The notes under the pieces are model-generated. The model was not told where the DNA came from. It did not search any database and worked only from the letters and a program-made list of their open reading frames with translations. A DNA stretch of 61,037 nt from Catajapyx aquilonaris. Its lineage: Eukaryota. This document shows, piece after piece, positions 1 to 12,300 of this stretch. Both the position numbers and the translations under genes were made by a program. The stretch is from the NCBI GenBank assembly GCA_000934665.2, contig KZ538574.1, forward strand, positions 1 to 61,037, written 5' to 3'. How positions within the stretch are numbered: position 1 is the first letter of the stretch; every line of letters starts with the position of its first letter.

Positions 1-396
1 AATGCGGCGGCCAAACATAATGACTCCTATACTTAAATCGATCCTCTGGTGGCTAGGAAGGCAGTCATATACGTCGGGGCACTGAGTTCAGATACACACT
101 GTATAGCACAAGAGTATTGTAGAGGAGCGATATGCCTCTTTTCTAATTAATGTCATTTGTGTTTTTATTTATTTCCTAGTTTCTTCTCTAGACCGACTCA
201 CCTGCACAGGCTGGAACATTTTCCAGGAAGGAGCGTAACTACCCAGGAATTCAAGACGCTTCGTCCACCATCACCATTCCTTCCTCCTCCGTCCTACTTG
301 CCGAGCTCCGAACCTGATGGGGCTCTCCATGACGAAATCACAGGCGGTTGTGGCTTCTTTAAACGCCGCCGACAGTGTCGCAAGGAAGAGCCATCA

Positions 397-3300
397 ATGA
401 CGTCCACTTCCTCAACCCTGATGGTGTCCATATCAAAATTCCTCAGCTTCCGAAGAGGAGTTGGAAATGGTTCCAAGATGGTCAATTCGGTGCCGGATAC
501 TTCCGAGGTCGCCACCACTCCATTCAAGGTCAGTGCCGCCTCTTAGGTCATCGTCAGTGATGAAATTTGAAGTCACGGAAAGCATGCAGAGGAAGTTGCG
601 GAATTAAAGGCACGCAGTAAAGTAGGGGAGACTGGGGCACAGTGGACCACGGGGCACAGTGGACCTTACCATTTTAAAAATCGAAAAAGCCGCCAAATTT
701 TTTTCATTTGATACCAAGTGAAACAAGTCACTGCCATGCTCCTGCCAACATGGCTGGCAACGGCTAGCGATCGATCGATCGATAGATATCCAGCGAAATC
801 GATTTGAAGATAAGTGAAGTAAATTACTAACCCACAGTTTAAATGCCACTTCAGGCGTAGATGTTGGGCATGAGCCTGATACTAATAAAAATCTTGTGGA
901 ATAGTGCCGCCCTTTGCCCATGAATTACCGGAAGTTTGGTAAGCCTAACTTGCAATCGAAGTTACAATCATAGCATTATGTCAGTTGCTGCTGTCCGGGG
1001 CACAGTGGTCCAGTCGTTTGCGGGGCACAGTGGTCCATGTACCACTGTGCCCCGAAATGCCCACTGTGTCCCGAAATGAACAGCTGTAAAAAAAAATGTG
1101 AGACAATTATTTAAAAAATGTGAATTAGGTAGAAAAAGGGCAAAACTGTGATTTTGACAAACCACCCTCCAAATGAACAACTGTCAAAAAAATGTGAGAC
1201 AATGATTTTTAAAATGTGAATTAGGTAGAAAAAAGGGGCAAAACTGTGATGTTGACACAGTCCTCAAAATGAACAGCTGTAAAAAAAAATGTTAGGCAAT
1301 GATAATAAACTTCTTGTGTGAATTAGGGGTCCCAATCACTTCCGGACCACTGTGCCCCACCTATCGGGGTACAGTGGACCATTTGCAGGGGGTCGCTTCT
1401 AAATTTTTTTAAAGCCAAAAGGATGGCACTACCTGTGAATATAGTAGTGACTTATATTACCAAGGAGTGTCTCCACCATGCCTGAAAATATTGGGTGTGT
1501 AGGTATAACAGGTAGGTATATAAAAATTCAAATGTGCAAAAGTGGTCCACTGTGCCCCGGTCTCCCCTAACATGATTTATCCAGGTTGATGTAGCAAGGG
1601 AAAACTGGTATGGTTCATTGCATTGTATAGGGTGCTGTTTTGTGCAAACACCATCGTTACTCACTATACTGAAGTTTGCCTTCCGATTTCTCCTCACCAC
1701 CTTGTTTTAAACATATATTTTGCCGCGCATCTGTATAATTAAGTTTTATTATTTTCTTCCATTTAGAAATCATTCCTGAGATGCGTGCAACCCAAAGAAG
1801 ATGTGGAGGGTGGCCTGCAAGACCCGCAGCCATCTATCAGTCACATGGTGTATAAGGAAGTCATTAACGATCTTGGGGACGCCGATGGTGTTTGCCAAAT
1901 AAGCCACAGTCCACTGCGCATCCTAAAGGTACTGTATAGTAGAGAATGATACATATATCAGCTGTCTGTCACAACAGATAATTTTAAAGGGGGAAGCTTG
2001 ACCCTTGTAATTTTATGCCTAAACCCAAGCCATCCACACATGCATTTATGCGGCTAAACTTTTCAAATACAGTATACATAATGCTGATAATGCAGGGTAT
2101 ATATTTCTTTACTGCCAAAATTTATTTTTGCCTCGATCTATTAAATGATAATGATATAATGTTACTGGGAAATTGATCAAACTGTTTATTAATGATGAAA
2201 GGAAACATTAAAAATATCCGACTTAAGAATTTTAAAAGCCACTTTATACATCACTTACCTATAAAACTAAACCTCTGCTTTATTATTGGGAGTCATCATC
2301 AATCTTCGTAGAGATATACATGCATAACGCTACCCGCATAATAAAGGTAGCCTACCATATTAAACTGATGAAATTTTTCACAATTTTGCCAAAAGGGGGA
2401 GGTGGGGGAGGTTTCAATGGATGCCACGGTCGGTCACAGGGTTGGCGTCAAAAAGTGGCTTAAAATCGGTCACGTGGTATTTGCACGACCCCTTCTTGTG
2501 AATGCCTCCGGGGAGCAATAATACACAGTACGAAATGTGTTATTGTGCAGGGAGAATCCCACGCGCACCCTTTTGACCGTGCTTTTGACAAGTTATTTGT
2601 CCGCCGGCGAGAGCAATTTTACGCCTTTGCGTAAGGATACGTTATATGAAATATTTCAGCACTAGGAGCGAGAGACTTCCTTGTGCCTGTCATCAGTCTG
2701 GAGCATGGTCTGGAGAGTATGGGTACTCGATATATTGCACCTTGCCTGGCATTTACTTTTCCAATATCCTCCAAGGATGCCAATATTTTGAAGTTGTGTA
2801 CAAATACTAGCTTGTGCCAAGATGAGAGAAGGGGGCAAGTTAGTATAGCTTGTAAGAGTGTAAACGGACACAAATTCTAAGTGTATACAAATATTTGACT
2901 TTTTATTACTGTATAAAGACCAGCATTGTTCTGTTAATGTCTTCGCGCGCCATTTCTGTGCAGAACTGTGTACAGTACTGATCGTGAAAATTCCACTTGA
3001 ATTGTTTCAAGAACTCGAACTGCCGGAGGATATAAAAGAGGTAGCTTTTCAAACGGCTTTTTGCCATTACTTGCCATTTTGTCGCCATTACTTTGTATTG
3101 TATTGTAATTATATACGCGTGTAACCGGAGCACTTGTCGTGATAGGCCAGCATTCAGTTGTCTGACGCATTTTTCTGCGGATGAAAGGCAATATTCATGT
3201 ACATGGCAAGTTAGTCAAACCTGTAGATTTGGAATAAATTAATTGAGAATATGTGAGGACTAGCGATGCGGAGAGAGACTGGTCGAGTGTGTCACATCTG

Positions 3301-6300
3301 AGTAGTAACGAACGTCTTAAATAAAACAATATTGACGACTATTTTAGCCAAGTTCCTGGAAGGTGCTGATGTAGTTACGCAAGAGCTTTACTCTTGTCAT
3401 AGTGTCATTTTCAGGAAGGCTTTCCGCTTTTGCTACGTACAGTACTTTTGTTTCTACGTTGTAAGGCAGCCATGTCAAGAGAGTATTAAGATCCTTTATG
3501 TTTCGATTTGAAACTCATGAGATAATAATATTATCCGGGACCGTGCTGGACATGTTTACAACCCAGTCATCTGTGTGCACGGGATTACACACAGACTGCA
3601 GCTGCTGAACATGAAGAATGAGACTGACGACTAATTAGTCTTAATCTTGTGATTCGGCTAATCTGTGAAGTATCAACCGATTCAGTAACTGGAGGTATCC
3701 TTCTGGATTAATCCTGATTTATTGTTTAAAGGGGCAATTAGGTAGATTATTGTAACCCACCGTCTGCTATAAAAATTAAAAAGCCTGATGGATGAATCCG
3801 ATTCATGGATGGCAATGGAGGAACTACAGAATTCACAGTTGACTAATTTATAATCAGACATCCTAAATCAGTGACGATTAGAAATGTTCGAATTCGCTAG
3901 TAAAAAGGGACATCCGCAGCTTATACTGTATCATGAAGACTAGCATAATATTTTAGTGTCGGGTATGTAACTGTGCCTCCTTAGGGGATCGATGTAATCT
4001 ACTAAGAATATAAGTTCAGGCCCATTTTTATATTATATCTTTCAGGCCCTGAACCTATAATATGCTATATGATTCCCAAGCTTGAGTAAGATGCGCATTT
4101 AAAAATAATGATACACGGCAAGGTTTAATAATGGTATAATTTACTTTGCAGCATTTGTCACATGTGCCAGGGGTTACGGCAAATCCTTTCCTATATTCAA
4201 AGTATTGAGAAAATCTTGTTTCATATCCTGCTTGCTCATATTGCATGTGATATTACGATTACTTCGCATGGCATGGATTACTGTTCGACCTCATCAATAA
4301 GGTCCGTGAATTTTAATCATGGTAGATTCTGACCAGAGCAGAGACCAGGACGGGTGCAACGTACTTTCTGAAAGGTCATGTAAGGAAGCTCATATAACCA
4401 AGTCATACTTAAGTATTCATTTCTTTCTGGCGAATTCATTATCGGTTTTGCGTACGCTTCGCGTGCTGATTCAGGAGTTTCACAAGATTTCTTGAAATAG
4501 GTAGATCGAAAAACGCACCCAATTACTGCTCTCGATGTATGTTGACAAAGAGGCGATGGAACACAGCAGGTAATTTTCATCTGGGTTCTGTGCAGGCATT
4601 TCTAATAGCTATTCATCATCAACATGCGTATATGAAAGAGCAATTAAGAGGGTTACGTAACCATGGAAACATCTGGAAGCTTTCATCCTAACAGTAACCG
4701 GCGCCCTTGTGAGGTTTCCTAAACCTGCGCGCGTGTGTGTGTGTACATTGCAAAGCCGGTGATTGGGGTTTTCAGTGCAGTTGACAATGCCCCGTAATTT
4801 GAGAACGTGAACATGACGATGTCTTTTTGTGGGGTCGCCCTTCTTTTTAATTCCTTGAGGCAGAGGTCACGAGGGAAACACGCACAAGGTTAGAAGTTAA
4901 TAGCAAAAGATGAGAAAAGGACGTGGGCCGGAAATGAGCCTGAGTGGTTGACACGGCAACAAGACTTACCGGTACTTATATGAAGCCCCCAGAATTCCAG
5001 GCCGAATGGTGTGTCGCGCTCTCTGGAATAATGGTGGTCGTTGTGGATTCCAGATCCTCCACTAGGAGGATTTCCGTCACCGACTTTTTTGATGTGGGCA
5101 CTTTCGATTGTATTGTGTCCCGTATCTGTGTGTGTTGCTGGTGTTATTTTTTGGAAGAGACTGTGCGAATGTTTATACCTTCACAACTCCTCATGACCCT
5201 TGCTAAGTACAAATTAGGGCTCTTGTTTTATCCTATTTACTAGCAGGGTCATCAGAATGCATAAACGAGTGTTTTTATTACACTTTGTAAGTGAATGTGT
5301 TGGTGGACGAAGGATGATCCTGTGCCCATGTTGACTGTCCGGAAGGTGGTGGAGAGGTAGACGGAGAAGAGTTGATGGATTGGTCATGCCTGGGTCTAAA
5401 TAGAACGCCGTTCCGGTTTGGGTTTACCATTAATTTTGCGTGTTTCAATTTTGTTTACATCACCAGGGATGACCAATCTATCAACTTTCCCCTTTACCCC
5501 ATATTCCAGATTGTCAACTTGGACAGATGAACACTCTGTAGTACTTTGTGGCCAGTCTACTTCTGGAATGTGACATGATTAAAGTTCACTTTTAAAGAAA
5601 AGGTCACATAGTGAGCCGATAAACCATAGCCCTACTCATTACTGATGGAGTAATCGGCGGAAAAGGCCGACACAAATTTCAAAGTCATTGAAAAGTGCAG
5701 TAGGTTAATGTAAGCACTGCATACTGTACAAGGCACATATTTATGAGGATCGCTGCAGGCTAATTAATCATCGACTTATTTTTCCTGTGTATATACCGAA
5801 AGGGGTCCTGTGGGAAAAGTGGAATGTCTAACAAAAATAATGAACGCTGCATCATTTTGTAAAGTTGTTTTCCTCCAGCGAATCGTACTTTGTTTTGCAT
5901 GGATTAACATTTTTTGCGGAGACTTTCATTATTTAGAACAGTATGTCATAAATTCCATGTAATTATTCTACATTATGATAGCAGTTTCGCACAATGTAAT
6001 ATTGTGCTGAGAGGTCCACCGTAGGTATTTTTAAAATGTGCTTTGTAAGACATGTTATTTCTGCCTGAAATTAGTATCTATTTAAAAACAAGACAAGTAA
6101 ATATTGATCCCGAACTAATTCGAAGGCTCGTTAATTAGGGTTTTTATGAGGTGAAACACGTGGTGTCTTATTGATTACGGATATTTTAATTAACTAACCA
6201 ATATTAGTATTCCTGGAACTTCGCACATACGTAATATGGAACATAATCCGATGAGGTTTTTTGTCCTTACCCTCATTCAGTTCGGCCTTGTTTCGTTCAT

Positions 6301-9300
6301 ATCCATTTCAGCGAAATGAACCACAAGTTATGCAACTAATTAGAAGTTCATTCCACGAACTAACTCTCATCCACCCTTCCTTTGATTTACTTTTTTTCAG
6401 GTGGCGGAGAATGGAAGTTTGGCGGAGTTCGAAATGCTGTACACAGCGGACCCTTGCAGGTTGAGGGTCAGAGATATCAAGGGTCAAACTGTGGCTCACA
6501 GAGCTGCTGGAAGGGACAGGATCAAAATTCTGCAGTTCATTTCCGTGCATTCGGCCAGTGAGTTCCGCAATTTGCTAGAAGTTTTGGAAATGGCTCAACT
6601 TGCTGTGAAAATGTCCTGTCGCTCCTTCCGTCCCGCTTTTTTGTCACATATTTATCTCTCTTTGATGGACCATTAAACCGCATCCAGTTTTTGCAAAGAT
6701 AACGTAATGTAATTACATGCATCTCTGAAATTTAGCTGCCTAATTGTTTTTGAAATCGAGCAGGTCGAATGGCTTAGTGATTTTCTACCTAACACGAGGT
6801 TGCGCTGGTATCTATTTTAGGTCTGTTGGAGGAGTCTGACTACAATGGCAATACCCCTCTGCACACCGCAATTATGAACGAGGCCCTGGACTCGATCGAC
6901 TTCCTGATGGAGCAAGGGGTGAACACGAATTATCTTAACGAGAAGAATCAGGCTCCGATTCACTACGCCACCGAGTTAAACAAGGCGGCCGCACTTCGTC
7001 AACTGGCCAAACACAAGCATCAGTTGGACGTGATGCAGCAGGGAGACCACGGAAGAAACTCGCTCCATCTGGCTGCCATCCACGATCACGACGATTGCGC
7101 TAGGATTCTGGTATGTATCATTCCTCTTTGACCTTAGAATAGCACTCACTCTGAAACCAATTAGCCCTAATGAAAACACGAGAAAACTCTAGCCGAATTT
7201 GTGTAAAATGTGCCTTGTTCATTGGATTTTCCGTCGGATTTTCTTATCTACAGGGTGTTAATCCTAAGCGTGTCACCAGAAAAGGTGGTGGTAGAGGGCG
7301 CAGGTGTGAGCATTTTTGCATAAGGAACTAGGTGTCGGAAACGGACCCTCACCGAGTTTCAAGTTTGCGGCAGGCAGTGTGCAAGAGGCAGTGTGCACGC
7401 GGCGGAGTGACTCGGTGAGGGTGCGTTTCCGACCCCTAGTTCCTTATGCAAAAATGCTCACACCTGCGCCCTCTACCACCACCTTTTCTGGTGACACGCT
7501 TAGGATTAACACCCTGTATAATTGGCCGTGTGATGGCGTTACTTTAATGGTGTACAAATATTGTGCGGGTCTTCATGTCTGTAGAGCGATGTTTTGCGAA
7601 CAAGAGTATGGAGCTTAAAGACGAGACCCTATACAGAGATGGGCACGAATGAAGTTGTTATTTTTATTTCAGGGTGAGCCGCTGATGTAGGTGTACTAAC
7701 ACGACTCATCCTAAAAATAAAAAGTCAATATGCTCATACTGGTACTGTACTTGAGCTAGTGCAGAGCGCCTTGCTCAATTACCTTTATGGTATATATCGT
7801 GGATGTCATCCCCATTTGTGACATACTGAATATTAGCATGACATCATTGGTGGAAGCTTGTCATGATTCTCCCTTACTGTATCTGCGCAAACACTTCAGC
7901 GGTTTCTTTTCCAATGCAAAAGTTCGGTTTCTAGGAAATTGATGTTATGTTGACGCCAACAATATAAGAAGCCCCTTTTTTTTGTTTGTAATTGGGCTTG
8001 AAGAACCCTGCTCGTTGCAGCCGAATTTTCCTGCGCGATGCCCATGCTTTATGTGAATCTGCCATGAATGTAAGTGTTAAGAAGGTGAGTCGCTACCACT
8101 CCACTCTTGCATTAGGAGCCCTTTCCAAACAAACATCGCACTTGCCAGGTGAGGTCATCGAAGTGGAAATGGCGGACAAAATCGACCTGGAGAAGAGTTC
8201 TGGGGTGCGGAGGAGGGCCTCCAATTTTACCGTGGTCCACAGATGGGTCAATTCAGCCGAAATTATGTGTTCATTCCAAATGGGCGTCAACGAAGTCATC
8301 CTGCAGCTGGAGCAGAAGCCCGAGCGAGGACTGCTGATGGAGGACTTCCTCTCCATAGAGAGGACCACATTCCCCACTCGAGGCTCTCAACACACTCCAA
8401 ATCACGAATTCCACGACTTCACCTTCACCTCCTACTCCTCTCTGGCGTTTCGGCACTTTGGAGACCTGTTCGGGATCAAACCCGAAGAATTCCGGCTGTC
8501 CATCTCGTCCGCTGGGATGAGAGGCATCCGCAACCCGGGAGCCAGCGGGAGCTTCTTCTACATCACACAAGACGACCAATTTATAGTCAAGACTCTTCAC
8601 GACATCGAGGGATACTTCTTGCACAAGGTCCTCTCCGGATACTACATGAACCTGAGTCAAAACCCGTTTACTTTGCTTCCGCGGTTCTTCGGCCTGTACC
8701 GGTATCGATGTCGCTCGCGGAACATCTGGCTGGTGGTCATGAACAATCTCATTCCGTCGTCGCTGATAATGCACCAGAAGTATGATCTAAAGGCAGGTTT
8801 TGTGTTTTAAAGATGGGATAGTAATGAATAAGGATAATGACGGGTGTAGTGAGACGATGTCTTGTGGCAGTTCGGACCCACCGTCTTTTTAACCTCCTGA
8901 GACCCGAGAAGAATTGAGTAACCCAATATCAGTTCCTATTGCATTTTCTGAACATTCTCCCAGTAAGAAACGAGAAAAAAATTTTTAGTTTTAAAATATC
9001 GACAAAAATGGTGACAAACAACCAATGAGAACATTGGCATTCATTTGCTGCTACAGAAGCAGAACGGATGAAAGCTGAAAATTGAAATACCCCTTAATGG
9101 ATCACTCACATAGTGCTCTATCCTCAAAACAATGTTTTTTAAATTCATTTGTGGAATTCGTGGTAGCAATTCCTCTCAGAAGACAATTAAAGATAAATGA
9201 AATTATTTTTTAACGCCACCACTCCAAGCATGGGTCTTGCTCCTTCCCTTCTTACCCGCTAAAGTGGTACCTTGCTATTCTAGATTTTGAAACTGAACTG

Positions 9301-12300
9301 CCTAGTGAAACGCGCACTTCCTTGTGGGTGTATAGGTACAGGCACTTAAAGAAAAGTCACACCCATTCAGTTAAAAAAAATAAAAATAGGATGTCCATTC
9401 AAATGGACATTTTGTCTCAGGAAGAAAAGAAAATTACCAGATCTCTACAGCGACAAAGATTGTCACCGAATTTTTTTTTCGTATTTCCTAATGCACATTC
9501 CTTGCGAATCCCAGGACATTCCATACATTGACGAAATTCGCACTCTAAATATGAGAAAAAAATAAAACTTATCAGATGAGCGCCTTGCTTCAGCAGCGGC
9601 ATCCGCCATTTTTTTCCGCGATTTAATTTTCGCGGCCCAAGTCAGATATTCGACACTAGGTGGCTACAGCTATTGAGGCCAGATTGTAATCATGGGATAC
9701 CAACAGATTGCAGTTCTGTTGGCATCACTAGTTGGCGCCAAAAAAACTTTTCCAGATGTCCAGTATACTGGACGCCGGGTCTCAGGAGGTTAAAATCCCA
9801 CTCGATACTATACTATACCCAAACGCGATTACGTATGGGGAAAAGGATTTCGGAAGACGAGTGTTGTCATGTCAATTATAGGTACGTAGGAAAAGGATCC
9901 CTGTCAGGATTGACTTCGCTCTGCGTAGGTAAAAATAGCAGTAAAAATTGCACTTAATAATATATTAGATAATATTAGCATTCTCTGTGACAATTTCAAG
10001 CACTAAAAGTGGAAAAATCGTTGGTTCCAATTTCATAACAATTCATGGAACAGATATTGATTCTTTAGTTGGAGTGTGGAGTGGGATTAAGACAAGACGC
10101 TGAACTGACCCGAGTTACGCAATAATAGCTACCGCAACATAATTGATTTGAGATGCATGTCACAACCTCTTTATTGCTTCGTTTTCTTGCACTAGTTTGC
10201 ATTTGTTTAATGCAATAAGAATGAAGAGGAATGTCTCTTTAGAATCCACCATCCCATTAGACACTAAATTGGCGCAGCTCCAGTAACTCTTCAGATTCTG
10301 TGTAACTAAGGTAGTTATTTTTTTCCAAAGAGAAGGGGCTGCCTCCTTTCGCCCACCTGCACAAGTTAATACTACTTAGAGCACGCCAATTTGGAATTAT
10401 TATTTTTTGCCTGCCTGAAAATCTGGATACGCCAAATCATATAATATTCAAGTCATCACAGAAAATGCTGATTGGCAAAACATGGCAAGTCACCAAACTG
10501 AAATTTTGCACCAAGCCCTCAAATGTCTTGCAAGTCTCAGCTTTCCTTTTTTAAAAAAATATTTCTGACTTTACTAACTTATAACTACTGACCCTATCAC
10601 TAAAAGTGGCGGGTAGGAGAATAAACTTGGCTTTATGAGATCCAATTATATGGAGATGACGTATATGCTCCTCCGAAACCTTCCGTCTTCTTCTCGATCT
10701 TTATGAAGCCAAGTTCAGTTTCCTAAACGTCACCTAAGATGGCGGTTCATCACTATATAGGGCTCGACATTCCAAAGAAAAGCGTCCAGGTCCGAACGAG
10801 AGAAGTCGTCCCCGACCTTCAAGGACCTGGACTTCATGCAGCACCACCCCGAAGGGATATACCTGGATTCCCGCACCTACAACTTGCTAGTGATGACAAT
10901 CAAGCGGGACTGCAAGGTCTTGGAGCGCTTCCGGATAATGGATTACAGCCTTTTGGTGTGCATATACAACATAGATCAGGCCGCACGGGAAAAAAAGACA
11001 GAAGAGGTGAAGATAGCTAAAGCGATAGAGAAAGAAGGGAGGCGACTGCACATGTCGGCGTCGGCCATTTGTATCGCCAAGCAGCGCTTCATGGCAGGTT
11101 CTGACGAGATTAGTGTACCGGCTGGGGCGATACCGGCTCGAAGCGCGTCTGGAGAGAGGCTGCTGCTCTACGTTGGCATCATTGACATTCTGCAAAGCTA
11201 CAGACTCAAGAAGCAGCTGGAACACTACTGGAAGGCTCTTGTCCACGACGGGAACACCGTTTCCGTACATAAACCGGGATTCTACGCAACTCGGTTCCAG
11301 AATTTTATGAGCCAGAAGGTTTTCAAAGAAATTAAAGATGTAACGCCATTTGGTCAAACAGGCATCGGCTGAAGTATAATGAGTCTATACTAACTTATTG
11401 TCTAGGTCACTTGTGTGTTTACTGATAGGTGTTATGTTACACGCAAAAAGTTTTCAAGCAGCTTTTTGTCGAAATCGGCTCACTGTCAGTATAACGTGCC
11501 AGCCACAATGTGGCACGAAAATAAGAGTTGAAGGACGCATATTGTTTCACAGAACACATGGAGAATAAACCACGATGTTCCCTAGGGTCATGGGCATCAT
11601 TATAGAGCCACCCACATGGCACAAAAGTTCCGTAATCGGAACGTAATCATATTAGGAAAGTGGTATGCCCAATGAATGTCCCTAATGCGAAAGTTATTCA
11701 TCGATGTTGTTTAATGGCTTGCCTTTTATGTGACGTGTTGCTTGGGCATTTATAACAGGGCACCTTTATCATCCAGTCATTCTTGACCTACCAAGATGAT
11801 CCCACGATATCAGTTGCGCATGGCGTCCTCCAGAATAATTGCCATCCAACACTCCCCACCACCATAATTCCAGCTGAGCGAGCTGGGCCTGTGCCTGCAA
11901 AAGACCTGCGCCAACGGGTTCTACCCGATCCACGAGGCAGCCAAGCACGCCTCCTCCCGCACCATGGAGGTGTTCCTGCAGTGGTCCGAGGCCAACGGAA
12001 CACCCAGGGAGGATATGATGACCCTCTTCGACTCTGAGGGCAACGTTCCCCTCCACTCGGCCGTCCATGGAGGGGACATCCGAGCAGTGGAGCTGTGTCT
12101 CCGGTCTGGGGCACACATCTCGACCCAGCAGCACGACCTGTCCACTCCGGTTCACCTGGCCTGCTCGCAGGGTTCCTTGGCCCTCGTCAAGCTCATGTTC
12201 AACATGCAGCCCGGGGAGACCTTGGCATGTCTGGCCTCATGCGACATTCAGAGGAGGACGCCCCTACACTGCGCGGCCATGTTTGACCATCCGGAGGTGG

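Noticed and set aside
2619..3191. Minus-strand ORFs with a GAIYRVP motif (GIY-YIG- or SpoU-like)
   Set aside because: Single short motif without supporting residues or splice structure.
8020..8148. Whole PIP5K exon 1 spliced into TRPA1 via AGs at 8020 or 8148
   Set aside because: These AGs are phase 2 and phase 1 relative to the kinase frame; the TRPA1 donor is phase 0.
8243..8785. Long alternative-frame and antisense ORFs over PIP5K and other coding exons
   Set aside because: Expected shadows of GC-rich codon usage.
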